NCBI RefSeq assembly: GCF_963921235.1
Contig: NC_086097.1
Coordinates: 215,762,001 to 215,826,000 of the forward strand
From: Mobula hypostoma
Taxonomy: Eukaryota
DNA: 64,000 nucleotides
Reading direction: 5' to 3'
Shown: positions 12,570 to 25,899 of the stretch, in pieces
How the letters are laid out: each line of letters opens with the position of its first letter
Position numbering within the stretch: the stretch's first letter is position 1
The notes under the pieces: model-generated
What the model was told of the DNA's origin: nothing
The model's input: the letters and a program-made list of their open reading frames with translations, nothing else
Database searches by the model: none
Made by a program: the position numbers and the translations under genes

Positions 12570-13535
12570 AGTGTTGGAGGAACTCAGCAGATCAGGCAAC
12601 ATCTATGGAGGGCAATGTATAGGAGAGACCATGCCGGTATACATTGTGACCAAACACAGGCTGGGTGACATTTTTGCTGAGCACCTACATCCTGTCTGCA
12701 GTGACCTTCTGGAGCTCCAGTTGCTAGTCAATTTACATCTTCTCCCCCCCTCCCCCATTTCCACAACAACCTGTCTGTCCCTGACTTCCTCCATGCACAA
12801 ACTAGAGGAACAGTACTTCACCTTTGACCTGGCTGTCTAGAACCCTAAGGCATAAACATTAAATTCTCCAGTTTTAGGTGATAAGAGATTCTACAGTTGC
12901 TGGAAATATTGAGCACACACACAGAACGCTGGAGGAACGCAGCAAGTCAGGTAACATCTGTGGAGGGGAATAAACAGACGAGATCCTTCATCAGCACGGG
13001 AAAGGAAGGAGACAGAAACCGGAATAGAGGAGGTCCATGGTCTCCTCAATTGGCACAACAAATTGTCCTTAACCTTTACTATGTGCTCCTATGTGGACAC
13101 ACTCAGCATGGAGGAGCAACACCTCATATTCTGTCTGCGTAGCTTTCAACCTGATTTCTCTACCTTCCAGTAATTACTCCTCTGTCCCCCTTCTCTCTTG
13201 TTCCATTCCTAATTCTGGTTCCCCCTTGCCCTTCTCTTCGCGTCACCTGCTCATTACATCCCTCTGGTTCCCTCATCCTTCCCTTTCTCCTATGATTCAC
13301 TGTCCTCTCCTATTATATCTCTCCTTCTTCAGCTCTTTACCTCTTCCACCTATTACCTCTCAGCTTCTTACTTCATCCACCCTCCCCCACCTTCCTATCT
13401 CCCCCTTACCTGCTCTCACCTATCACCTGCCAGCTTGTACTCCTTCTCCCTGCACCTTCTCATTCTGGTTTCTGCCCCTTTCTTTCCGGCCCTGATGAAG
13501 AGTCTCAGCCCAAAATGTTGACTGTCTATTCCCCT
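12570..13535 (+). mobile_element. Cluster of degenerate PLE fragments (both orientations)
   Basis: TKHRLGDIFAEHL and LEEQ(Y/H) GIY-YIG-region remnants; pyrimidine-rich repeat; decayed hammerhead at ~13488-13524. Confidence 0.7.
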
Positions 13536-13850
13536 ATACTCTTTTTTCTCTTCTCCTACTCACAACATGGTCACTCATCAAGCTAACTTTTCTCCTCCTC
13601 CACCCACTCCATCCACTCATTGCTCACACATTCCTCCCACTGCGTCCCCTCTCCGCTATTGAATCCGTCTGCCCGCATCACCTTCTTTATTTGAAACCAG
13701 GCTCCACCTTCTTTTTCCTATCAGATTCCATCATCTGCAGGTCTTTAAAACGCAAACAACAGAAATTCTGCAGATGCTGGAAATTCAGGCAACACACATC
13801 AAAGTTGCTGGTGAACGCAGCAGGCCAGGCAGCATCTCTAGGAAGAGGTA

Positions 13851-13888
13851 CAGTCAACGTTTCAGGCCAAGACCCTTCGTCAGGACTA
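13851..13888 (-). ncRNA. Minimal hammerhead ribozyme motif
   Basis: Reverse complement UAGUC-CUGACGA-A-GGGUCUUGGCCU-GAAA-CG-UU^GACUG. Confidence 0.7.
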
Positions 13889-14426
13889 ACTGAAGGAAGA
13901 GCTAGTAAGGAATTTGAAAGTGGGAGGGGGACGGGGAGGGGGAGATCCAAAATGATAGGAGAAGACAGGAGGGGGAGGGATGGAGCCAAGAGCTGGACAG
14001 GTGATTGGCAAAAGGCATACGAGAGGATCATGGGACAGGAGGTCCGGGAAGAAAGACAAGGGGGGGGGACCCTGAGGATGGACAAGGGGTATATTCAGAG
14101 GGACAGAGGGAGAAAAAGGAGAGTGAGAGAAAGAATGTGTGTATAAAAATAAGTAACAGATGGGGTACGAGGGGGAGGTGGGGCATTAGCGGAGTGATGT
14201 TCATGCCATCAGGTTGGAGGCTACCCAGACGGAATATAAGGTGTTGTTCCTCCAACCTGAGTGTGGCTTCATCTTTACAGTAGAGGAGGCCGTGGATAGA
14301 CATGTCAGAATGGGAATGGGATGTGGAATTAAAATGTGTGGCCACTGGGAGATCCTGCTTTCTCTGGCGGACAGAGCGTAGGTGTTCAGCAAAGCGGTCT
14401 CCCAGTCTGCATCTGGTCTCGCCAAT

Positions 14427-15467
14427 ATGGCAGGCGGTGACTAGTGGGGTACCGCAAGGCTCAGTGCTGGGACCCCAGTTGTTTACAATATATATTAATG
14501 ACTTGGATGAGGGAATTAAATGCAGCATCTCCAAGTTTGCGGATGACACAAAGCTGGGTGGCAGTGTTAGCAGTGAGGAGGATGCTAAGAGGATGCAGGG
14601 TGACTTGGATAGGTTGGGTGAGTGGGCAAACTCATGGCAGATGCAATTTAATGTGGATAAATGTGAAGTTATCCACTTTGGTGGCAAAAATAGGAAAACA
14701 GATTATTATCTGAATGGTGGCCGATTAGGAAAAGGGGAGGTGCAACGAGACCTGGGTGTCATTATACACCAGTCATTGAAAGTGGGCATGCAGGTACAGT
14801 AGGCGGTGAAAAAGGCGAACGGTATGCTGGCATTTATAGCGAGAGGATTCGAGTACAGGAGCAGGGAGGTACTACTGCAGTTGTACAAGGCCTTGGTGAG
14901 ACCACACCTGGAGTATTGTGTGCAGTTTTGGTCCCCTAATCTGAGGAAAGACATCTTTGCCATAGAGGGAGTACAAAGAAGGTTCACCAGATTGATTCCT
15001 GGGATGGCAGGTCTTTCATATGAAGAAAGACTGGATGAACTGGGCTTGTACTCGTTGGAATTTAGAAGATTGAGGGGGGATCTGATTGAAACGTATAAGA
15101 TACTAAAGGGATTGGACAGGCTAGATGCGGGAAGATTGTTCCCGATGTTGGGGAGGTCTAGAACGAGGGGTCACAGTTTGAGGATAGAGGGGAAGCCTTT
15201 TAGGACCGAGGTTAGGAAAAACTTCTTCACACAGAGAGTGGTGAATCTGTGGAATTCTCTGCCACAGCAAACTGTTGAGGCCAGTTCATTAGCTAAGTTT
15301 AAAAGGAAGTTAGATATAGCCCTTGTGGCTACAGGGGTCAGGGGGTATGGAGGGAAGGCTGGGTTCTGAGTTGGATGATCAGCCATGATCATAATAAATG
15401 GCGGTGCAGGCTCGAAGGGCCGAATGGCCTACTCCTGCACCTATTTTCTATGTTTCTATGTTTCTAT
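14427..15467 (+). mobile_element. 5'-truncated young CR1 copy, same family as 30825-35030
   Basis: Near-identical to 33989-35030 (about 7 substitutions seen by eye, including CAG>TAG at 14800); (TTTCTATG)n tail. Confidence 0.97.
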
Positions 15468-16814
15468 ATATAAAAGGCCACATCGGGAGCACCGGACGCA
15501 GTATATCACCCCAGCCGACTCACAGGTAAAGTGTTGCCTCACCTGGAAGGACTGTTTGGGGCCCTGAATGGTGGTAAGGGAGGAAGTGTAAGGGCATGTG
15601 TAGTACTTGTTCTGCAGGTCTTTGTAGTCTTTACCTATCATCTCCCAGCCTCCGTCACTATTTCCACTCTTCCCTCCTTCACCTCTGCAAGTGACCCCTC
15701 CTCATCTGAATCCACCTATCACTCACCAGCTCTTGCTCTGCCCCTTCCTCTCACTTGCTTATACCAGCTGTCTCTCCTCTGTCTTCCAGTCCAGGTGAAA
15801 GATCTTAACCAAAAATATCGACTGTCCATTCCCCCCATAGATTCTGCTTGTCCTCTTCCTCCAGCAACTTGTTCAATGCTCCATATTCCAGCATGTGCAG
15901 TGTCTTGAGTGAGCCATGAGCTGCCCATGCGCCAACAGATTTTGACGGACACTGTGGGAATATACCATGAGTATGTGGTATGTTAATGAATCAGATCCAC
16001 AGAAGGCCCAGAAGAAACATTAAAGACATCATATGAAGTGCAGTAGGTACCCAATTGCGCTTTAGAATCAATATATCAAAGAAATGTTATCAGATAATAC
16101 AGTACTTGTCAACAATACAATGAAATTTGTAAGCTGGAATGTTTTCCACAGATTTATTTATTTAAAAGCCTGAGCTGAAAAGCAGAATGAAAAGTGCAGC
16201 ACATCAGTTAACAGCAAACATGGAATAGCTAGAGTTAAGTAGAGAATACAGCACAAAAATGAATAGCCTAAGATGGCAGTTCACTGCGAGGCATCACAGA
16301 AATAGTTAGATGTGATGCAACCAATCTATTACCCAATGAAAGGGTTATATAATTTTAATCTCATGTTACCCTAGAGACAACCTTAATGTTGAAAGCCTTC
16401 CGGTAGATTATTTGAATAAATGGTAAACTTGATTGTGTATTATAATCTTGGGCATTGAATGTTGCTTTATTATAGTCTGATAACATTAAAACCATTTCAT
16501 GCAGAAATAGCTCAAAATGAGCTATTGTGCTTTAAACAATTTGTAGCAAATGGCACTCGCTCTATATCAACTAACTGTGAAAACTTTGTATGAAACCCAG
16601 ATTTTCTTAGTTATTATTCACTGAACTATTCACAGCATAAAAAATATAGGCTAAAAAATTGGGGCAGCAACCAAGGCAAATTATTTCACCTTATTTTGCA
16701 GGGGAAAAGTGTCAGGAATTAATAGGTCCCCACAGGGACATGTTGATGTAACACTGCATGATGCTCCACTCAACATTTTGCTTTAAAATTCTTTGCTTTC
16801 AAGGCGGGATTCAC

Positions 16815-19800
16815 AATCAGAAGAATTTGTTTAAATTTCTGGAATAGTGCAAGAGGCTTGACAAGAAAAGCAGATGAAGTCAGGGCATGTGTTGGCACTG
16901 AGAGCTGGGATATCATAGCCATAGCAGAAACATGGCTGAGGGAAGTCCAGGACTGGCAGCTCACTATCTCAGGATACAGATGCTACAGGGTTGACAGATG
17001 TTTAGGTATGAGAGGATGGAGGTTTGCCTTTTTGAAGAAAGAAGACATGACAACAATCCTTAGTGTTGTGACTGTGCTCAAATTCCCTGGAGAGACACTG
17101 GAGCTGGTGGTACAGAAGGCTTTGCTCTTAGCTGAAGCCGCTAAGATGCTGCCAGAGAGTGACTTCTTTGACTTTGTCTGCAAAACAGCTTAGATTCCTC
17201 TCTTTAATGTCTCTCTGTTTCCCTTTCAAGATGACTAGGGTCCTGTTGGAGTCCGTGGTCTACAGCTGCACACAAACTGCAGTTCAACCCAGCAGTGGGT
17301 CCTGCTTCTGGAGTTTGCCAACGTTCTCGATATCTACAGGAGTGGCATGGAAGATGTATGTCTTCAGGGGTGCGGCCTTGGGCGGCCCCTGTGGACAACT
17401 CGATTCCTCACCGGTGTTGCCAACTGGAATGTCATGTAGATTAAAACATCGGGACAGGGGCTGTGGCTGTTGGAGGCCTCTGCACTCAGGAGTTTGCTCA
17501 CTCTCTTTCTCGCAATCGGTGGGGGGACAGTCTGCTGGTTCTCAGGTTGGGTGAGCTCGAATAAGCATCTCTTCAGATAGTAACATCAAAGCGATGATCT
17601 GTTGGTCTTTCTCTCGCGGTTGTGAGAGAGAGAGCCTGTGTCAAAGGGCTGGGTTATGGACTGTAGTTTTTTATTGAACTGTAGATCATGGGCTCTTTGG
17701 AGCTTTGTTGTTGCTTGCTTGGCAGACGATGGGCACTAATGCTTCCTGCTGGAACAAGTGGGCAAAGGCAGATGGTTGATGCTTTGTTGCTGCTTGTGCG
17801 TGGGAGGGGGTGGGGGGGCTTTGGGGTTCTAACATTTTTCTGTCATTCATTCTTTGGGGTTTTCTTCTGTTTCATGGATGCCTGTAAAGAGTAAGAATTT
17901 CAGGTTGTATACTGTATACATTCTCCGATGTTAAATGGAGCCATTGAACCGTTGAACAAGCAGACCTCATTTTGGAGACCCTATCAGTAGAGTCTCCCAA
18001 AGCCAAAGGTACATCACATTTTATATCTTTATCATCAAAGTCAACAGGTGGTGATTCAATACAATTTCAATAGTTACAATGTCATTACTTACTTCAATAT
18101 TTTGAGTTGACAATTCTTCCTCTGAATTACATACTGCATCTACAGTGGGAGACACCGCCGAATGTTCAAATACCTCTGCTGGAAAATTGACATAGGTATT
18201 TTAAAATCTTCTGAAGATAGAGAGCTAGATGCCCAAGATAAGCAACTGTGTGAGCTGACTCTCTTAGTGCAGAACAGATCTGCTATTGATTGCAACTATT
18301 CCTGTGACCATGTTTGATATGCAAAGTAACAACAGTAGTCTGGTCTGCCAGTTTGAACTCAACTCAGAATAGTGTCAGTGCAAATAACTAAGCACCGTTG
18401 CCTGGTTTGATGCAAGTCAATTAGCATAACTCTATTGTCTTAGCAATTGGCTGATGAATATGTGAACATCCCATGGTCACAATTCTGCAAACCATATCTC
18501 TTAGTCTGTGGGCCAGCCAGTGCTCCACAGACAGTGCAAAGGTGTGCTTTTAACTTCAATTTACTGCTTGCAATTTGCAATCCACATTAAGAACTGGTTC
18601 TTGCTTGAATTAATATCTGCCATATTCATATCACACTAGAATACTCCCTAACACTTAGAAAGGATATTTTAGAGATCGTCCAGTGAGGCCATATAGGTAG
18701 AATTGAAAAAAAAAACAAGAAGGGGCTTATTATAGCTCTCCCTGCCCTCCAATAATCAGCAGAATTGGAGGAGCAGATATGTAGACAGATTGCGGCTAGA
18801 TGTAAATATAATAGGGTAGTATTATATTACCCTTTCGTAGGGTAGGGTAGTGGGAGATTTTAACTTCACTAATATTAACGGCCACCTTGGCCCAGTATCA
18901 AAGACTTGGACAGAATGAAATTTGTGAAATGTCGCCTAGGAAGCTTCATTCTCAATATATAGAGGGAACTAGTAGGGAGGGTGTAAGACTGGACCTGCAA
19001 ATAAGGTATGGCAAGTAGTGGAAATGTCTGTCAGTGAGTGCTTTGTGTCCAGTGACCATAATTCTATTAGTTCTAAAATGGACATATACATCCGGTTCAC
19101 ATCCTGAACTGCAGCAGAGCAAATTTTAGAGCCATTAAGCGGGACCCCTACAGTGGTTAATTGGGTGAGATTGTTTGCGAGGAAAGGAGTGTCTGTCAAG
19201 TGGGAGGACTTTAAAAGTGTGATGTCAAGAGTTCAGGATCTTCAAGATTTTTTTTGGTGTGAAGAGCAGGTTTCAGGAACCCTCATTAATGAGTGATAAT
19301 GAGGCTCTGGTTAGGAAAAAGAGGGAGACATACATTGTGCATAACCAGTTAGAAACTAATAAATCTCTTGAAGAGTAGGCATACACTTATGAGAGAAGGT
19401 AGAGGGTCAAAAAGAGGATATGAGAAGGATCTATCTATTATAAAAAAGATGTTATTAAACTAGAAAGTGCAGAGAAGATTTACCCGCATGTTACCAGGAC
19501 TTGGGGCCCAAGTTAGAAAGAGAGCTTTCAAAGACTAGAACCTTATTCCCTGGAACATCAGAGATTGAGGGGGGTGACCTGACAGAAGTAAACAAGATCA
19601 TGGCAGGCACAGAGTGAAAACACAGTCTTTTTCCCACAGAGGGTGTGCTAAAATCGAAAGGGCATAAGTTAAGGTTTAGAGACAAGAGATGTATAAAGGA
19701 CATCAGGGCCATCTTCTTCATGCACATTTGGAATGAGCTGTCAGAAATAGTGGCTGATATGGGCACTTCAACAACAGTTAAAAGTCATCTAGACATGTAT

Positions 19801-19915
19801 ATGGTTAGGAGAGGCTTAGAGGGCTGTGGGCCAGACATGGGCAGCTGGGCAACACAATCGGCATGGACAAGTTGGCCCGGGGGCCTGTTTCCATACTCTG
19901 TGACTCAGTGACTCA
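16815..19915 (+). mobile_element. Old fragmented CR1 (endonuclease start 16815-17062; remainder ~18660-19915)
   Basis: SWDIIAIAETWL..GYRCYRVDR; VGDFNF-like motif; 3' CR1 region. Confidence 0.7.
17063..17957 (+). mobile_element. Unclassified non-autonomous retro-repeat
   Basis: Interrupts the CR1 endonuclease; ends in a LINE-like tail ..TTAAATGG..ATTGAACCGTTGAAC. Confidence 0.4.
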
Positions 19916-21531
19916 ATGAAACCTACTTCTATTCCCATAGCCAGCACAAAACATCTGAATTTTTAAGCCATAATCTTTAAGACTTAACATGTACAGTTCA
20001 CTTTTGGTTTAATAATTTCACCACAGACCTCATTGACAGACATTGCTCTAATACTTGTGGAGAGAAGCATGCATGTAGCAGGAAATGGAGAACCTTCCGC
20101 ATTGTAATTTAGGACATCATTACAATTATTTCTCTTGCTCAGTTACAGGCTATCTCACTGGGAGGGCACTTTGATAGTCACCATTAATTAGCTTTGTAGT
20201 GTAGGCTCCATACTGGTCTTATGAGGTTTCCACCTATCACAGGGTAGACACTAAATTAGTGGCTTGATTGCTGGGGGGGGAGGGGGTGTGGTTACATTTA
20301 CAATTCTAGCCATCCATTGTTTTCCTAACAATGTTTAGACTAATCGTTCCTTTTCAGAATCTCAGAGGGCTATGAATGATATTTTCCTGTGAAATGGGTG
20401 TCTTTGGCTTCCAGAGTCTTATTTGCTGTTCGTTAAAAAGCAATCTTCTTTTAAGAACGAAGTCAGGAATTCCTGATAGAGTCCTTTCCAAATGAGAAAG
20501 TGCTTAACCACTCCTGAGCCAGAAAATAAGAAAAATATATAAAATGATCAGGAGAATTGATGTAATCTTTTAAAATCGATTCAATTTCTTATGCCTCATA
20601 GCATTTTATTATTTAATATTTTAAAGTTTTTAGGTTTTTAACACCTTGTTATTTTACTTTTTATGCCAGGTTTAAAAATGAATAAAAATTAAATGAAGAA
20701 GATAAGGGTTTGTGAACCAAATACCATCTTCAAATAAGGAGCTCTGGTGTAATAGGATAATGCTTCAATGGCTTAGCTAATGACCCTATAGCTCTTAATT
20801 GTGATTTAAATTGGTAATATTTGATTGGGCTTTGAATGGAGAAGAGCCCTATTAAACTCAGCTGTTCTGCTTCTCTAATTGACCCTTTTCTTTTATAAAT
20901 AGTCCAGCTGCTGTTTGCTTTTCATCAGCCCACATGTACACATATATACATACAATCCTTTCATCGGAGCTGCCCAGCGCTGTGAATTGCCCTATTCACA
21001 TGGCTACTAATGAGCATGTACGTCAAACCAATGTGGTCAGATTAGTGAACCTGCGCCAACTGAATGCTGGTATCAGGGCGTCACCGCAAAGACTCAAAAA
21101 CTTTAACTAAGTGTGTGGTTCTGGCTTTTTAAAAAGAAGTTCTAATTGTAACTGATTAAGACTTGATGGTGACAGAACTGGATGGATACGACACCAATTG
21201 AATCAAGCAGGATGCTTTTAGAAGGACTGAAGGTGACAGGTTGCACACTTAAATGTCTTGATTTCACAAATGAGCAGAAATGCATACCAGTGAGAGATGG
21301 GAGTAAGTTAACACAGTTAAAATCTGAATGTATTTCCAGCAATATTCTTCATAAAGGCATATACAGGCCTATAAAAAGTTTCATCCCCCTTGGAAGTTTT
21401 CATGTTTTATTGTTTTACAACATTGAATCACAGTGGATTTAATTGCGCTTTTTTGGCACAGAAAAAGACTCATGTCAAACTCTACAAAGCGATCCAAATT
21501 AATTACAAATATAAAACCCTACAAAATAATT

Positions 21532-21732
21532 AAATCACAAACAAGAGAAAATCTGCAGATGCTCGAAATTCGAGCAACATACACAAAATGCTGGAGGAAC
21601 TCAGCAGGCCAGGCAGCCTCTAGGAAAGAGTACAGTCAACGTTTTGGGCCAAAACCCTTTCTGAAATGTCAACTGTGCTCTTTTCCTAGATGCTGCCTGG
21701 CCTGCTGAGTTCCTCCAGCATTTTGCATGTGT
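21532..21732. mobile_element. Fold-back PLE terminal fragment inserted in the Tc1 left end
   Basis: Two inverted copies of the PLE 3' end; 12-bp TSD TACAAAATAATT (21520-21531, 21733-21744). Confidence 0.82.
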
Positions 21733-21914
21733 TACAAAATAATTGATTGCATAAATATTCACCCCCTTTAAAATGACACATCAGGTCATCACTGGTACAG
21801 CCAACTGGTTTTAGAAGCCACATCATTAGTTAAATGGAGATCACCATGTGCAGTCAGGTATTTCAAAATACACCTGTATCTGGAAGATCCAACTGCAGGA
21901 GAGTCAGTGAGTCA

Positions 21915-22860
21915 GACAAAAAACAACACTCCAAGCAACTCCACAAAAAGGTTATTGAAAAGCACAAGTCAGGAGATGGATACAAGAAAATTTCCAAGTC
22001 ACTAAATATCCCTTGGAGTATAGTTAAGTCAATCATCAAGAAATGGAAAGAATACAGCACAGTTGTAAATCTGCCTAGAGCAGGCCGTCCTCAAAAACTG
22101 AGTGACCATGCAAGAAGGGGACTAGTGAGGGAGGCCACCAAGAGACCAATGACAAATCTGGAGGAGTTACAAGCTTCAGTGGTTAAGATGGGAGAGACTG
22201 CACATACAACAATTGTTTCCTGGGTGCTTCACCAGTTGCAACTTTATGGGAGAGTGGCAAACAGAAAGCCACTGTTGAACAAAAACTCGCGTGAAATCTC
22301 GGCTAGAGTTTGTCAGAAGGCATATGGAAGTCAGTTGGAAGAAGGTTCTATGGTCTGATGAAAGCAAAATTGAGCTTCTTGGCCATAAGACTATATGCTA
22401 TGCTTGGCATAAGCCAAACACCACACATCATCAATAGCACACCATCCCTACCCTGAAGCATGGTGGTGGCTGAATCATGTTGTGGGGATGCTTCACTGCA
22501 GCAGGCCCTGGAAGGCTTGTAAAGGTAGAGGGTAAAATACAGGGAAATCCTGGAGGAAAACCTGATGCAGTCTGCAAGAGAACTGTGACTTGGGAGAAGA
22601 TTTGTTTTCTAGTAAGATGATGACCCAAGTATAAAGCCAAAGCTACACAGGAATAGCTTAAAGACAACAAAGTCAATGTCCTCAATCCAATTGAGTATTT
22701 GTGGCTGGACTTGAAAAAGGCTGCTCACTTATGATCCCCATGCAATCGGACAGTGCTTGAGATGTTTTGTAAAGACAGATGGGGAAAAATTGTAGTGTCC
22801 AGATGTGCAAAACTGATAGAGACCTACCCACGCAGATTCAAGATTGCTACCAAATACTGA
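21915..22860 (+). pseudogene. Tc1 transposase pseudogene
   Basis: GDGYKKISKSLNIP..IIKKWKEY..LPRAGRPQKL, WSDESKIEL, KHGGG, DDDPK, NPIE.LW motifs with stops and frameshifts. Confidence 0.92.
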
Positions 22861-24284
22861 CTTGAAGGGAGAGAATACTTCTGCAATCAATTATTCTGTG
22901 TTTTAAATCTGCAATTAATTTAGATCTCTTTGCAGAGATGTGTTTTCACTTTGACAGGGAAGAGTCTTTTTCTGTTGATCAGTGTCAATTTAAGTCCATT
23001 GTGATTCAATGTTGTAAAACAATAAAACATGAAAACTTCTAGGAGGCAGGGTGGTGAATACTTTTTATAGGCACCGATCACTGAAGTAACAGTGTTCACT
23101 CAGGAAAAGGTAAATGACCTGAATGGGCTGCAAAGCTTCAAGGTGGAAAGAAAGGCAAGCTAGTATTTGTAGCTACTTCAACCAGACCAAGCAAAGTATT
23201 GGAATCCCATTTGTTTGAATAGAGATCTCCAGTTTTGACATTAGGCAATTTGTTATTTTTATTTTGTATCTGTGCCTTAATGAGTTTTAATGAATTCTTT
23301 TTATTTTTCTAAATAGTCTTTGATATTTTCTACTTAAAGAGACATTCAAAAACTTTTAACAACACCTCCTAGCATTGCTTGAGAGTGAAACTTCACTCTG
23401 CTTTGCCTACTACCAAAGTCTATTGAGACATTCTGGAGCAGGAGGTCAGGAGAATGCCATCTGATGCCACTCAAGATAAGGGATCACTACTTCTTTCTAA
23501 ATACCACCAGGGTATTGGTTGCTATGTTTGTCTGACCCCTGCATCTGGCATACATAATTAGGAAAAAGGAGACAACAGAACAGTGGGCGATGAGTCCAGG
23601 TGGTAGGCTTCGTCTAGCCTGAATTATTTTAGAAATGCACGACACATATTGGTAGTTTTCTTATAAATATAAAAAAAACTACCACTAAAGTACACATTGT
23701 ACTGATATCTTTTGAATGACAAGAAAGAATCTTCAGACAGTAGTGGCGGCCATCCTGTAGAGGAAGTTCTGTTCCAAGAGGAGGGAGGAGGACTTAAGTT
23801 ACATATGTACACATGAGGGGTGAGGCGATCACAGGTTCCAAGCACAAAGCCTCAGTGGCCTAAGAAACTTGATGCCTTGCCCTGAGTAGTTATTTCAATG
23901 CTAGACCCAGATCTCAAACTCCACTTGTTCCAAAAACTCAGCATGAATAGATCCCACTTCAGGCTTCTCTCATTCTCATGCAATGAATGTCAGGCTGCCT
24001 TCAAAATTGTGAGGACTGTTTTCATCCCTGTTACGCTTGCGAGGTCTACCAGCACTCCACACATGTTGTTAAGCTGAGCAAAAGGCAACTCTACAGCCCA
24101 CAGAAAGGAATGGCCAAGTTAAAGGCTTTATCTGCCACGTGGATCAATAGAAGATAGGTTTCCGTGTTTGACAGTCCTAATTGCTCTCTAATTTGTCTCT
24201 AAACCCCTGTCGGACTCTGGTTTGCAACACCCTCCAGCTCCATAAGGAAAGGATGGAGTGGGCAAGTGCAGGCCGCAAACTAAC

Positions 24285-24545
24285 GTAACGCACACAAAAT
24301 GCTGGAGGAACTCAGCAGGTCAGACAGCGCCAATGGAAATGAATAGACAGTCAATATTTCAGGCTGAGACCCTTCTTCAGAACTGCGAAGGAAAGAGGAT
24401 GATGACAGAATAAAAAGGTGTGGGAGGGGAAGGAGGCTAGCTGGAAGGTGATAGGTGAAGCTAGGTGGGTGGGAATTGCCTGGCCTGCTGAGTTTGTTTG
24501 TCTTGCTTTGGATTTTCAGCATCTGCAGACTTTCTCGTGTTTGAG
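24285..24545 (-). mobile_element. PLE terminal repeat with short inverted piece; hammerhead motif at 24348-24385 (-)
   Basis: Reverse complement CAGUU-CUGAAGA-A-GGGUCUCAGCCU-GAAA-UA-UU^GACUG. Confidence 0.72.
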
Positions 24546-24577
24546 AAGGCCCATACTATCCCCTTTACTTTTGAAAA

Positions 24578-24875
24578 AATAGCTTTATTTGTCACATGTA
24601 CATTGAAACATCTAGTGATATGCATTGTTTGTGTCAACGACCAACACAGTCTGAGGATTGTGTTGGGGGCAGTCTGGAAGCATCACCATGCTTCTGGCAC
24701 CAACGCAGCATGTCCACAACTAATTAACCTTAATCAGTGGGACGTGGAAGGGAACCTGAGCACCCAGAGAAAACCCGAGGGGTCACAGTACAAATTCATT
24801 ACGGTCAGTGGCGGGATTCGAACCCCAGGTGGAGATCGTTGGTGCTGTAAAGTGATTGCACTAACCACTATGCTG
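24578..24875 (-). mobile_element. V-domain SINE, tail type 2
   Basis: B box GGTTCGAATCCC on minus strand, V core, tail ..TGTACATGTGACAAATAAAGC. Confidence 0.7.
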
Positions 24876-25899
24876 CAGAGTCACGCTGCGCTACTATTTC
24901 AACCTTCACTCCCTCATTTCCTGCAGTATGCATCCAAAGATGTCACGCATAAGTTTTAAACTACCTCTTATGAAACTACATACTTTAAATCAGATGCACA
25001 TTACATAGGTTAATAGTCTTCAAAAATAATAAATTAATATTGAGTGACTAGGTAAAGTAATTTATTTCTGTTACAGTAAATGCTCCATTTGCCTACAAAA
25101 GGTGATGGCTTGTTACATTTCTGACACATTGTTGTGTCAGCCTTGCTGATATTAATTCCTATGTCCATATTCATAATGGAAGCCACTTACGTGAAGTTGT
25201 CGCATAATAATTACAGCCTCCCGTCAATGGTGGCAGTATAACAATTTAGACTCACATTTCGAAATTCTTCAGCATTGTTAATTATAAATTCCCAAAACAC
25301 AGCAGCTTTCTATTTCATTAAATAAAGTGGCAATAATGCGCCAAAAATGTAATCACTCAAAACTCTTTTATGAATAACAATTATTCATTTATCTCCAATT
25401 GAAATCTACATTGTTATAATAAAATTGCAATAAACATTTTATAAAATCATGCCTAAAATGTACCTGTTTTATTGGTAAGGATCCAGCAGTACCTTCACAG
25501 AGAGCACTTGCATTTACTCACACACGGGCCACCATGGGCAGGTTGGAGCTTCAGCACATACCCCAATGCAGATTCCAGCCAGTAACTGTGTAATTTTCAC
25601 CGAGATATGAACTCCTATTTCTGAGGAAGATGAACTTGCTGGGTTTCTCCAGCATGTACAGATATTTAAGCCTCCCTAATTACATCACTAAAAGTGCAGG
25701 CCCCATGAAGGACCAGCCATTCAGATTCAGGAGGCTTTCCTTCAGCAAGTTTGTATTCTGGATTAGCCTAATGTAATACGTGAGCTGTCTTGAAAGAACT
25801 GAGTGTTGGTAGAGACATCTACCTGCATCAATATCCCTTGTCCATTTTTGTAGCTTCATTAAAGATTTTTCTAAGACTTGAAGCTTTCTCAGAAGCCTC

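Larger units (their letters stand above)
13747..15610 (-). mobile_element. Penelope-like element (GIY-YIG endonuclease + terminal repeat), interrupted by CR1
   Basis: FTCESAGVIYCVRCSRCGLLYI|GETRCRLGDRFAEHL...PVATHFN...LEEQHLIFRLGSLQPDGMN; 13-bp TSD TCTGCAGGTCTTT (13734-13746, 15611-15623). Confidence 0.92.
13550..15905 (+). mobile_element. Older PLE terminal repeat, host to nested insertions
   Basis: Pyrimidine-rich PLE repeat continues across the 13747-15610 insertion; decayed hammerhead at ~15788-15824. Confidence 0.6.
21364..23076 (+). mobile_element. Tc1-family DNA transposon
   Basis: Long terminal inverted repeats (GCCTATAAAAAGT..GAAGTTTTCATGTTTTATTGTTTTACAACATTGAATCAC and its reverse complement), TA at left end. 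Confidence 0.92.

Noticed and set aside
14028..14802. ORFs 14028..14687 (-) and 14302..14802 (+) as novel fusion proteins
   Set aside because: They are accidental read-through across the CR1/PLE insertion junction
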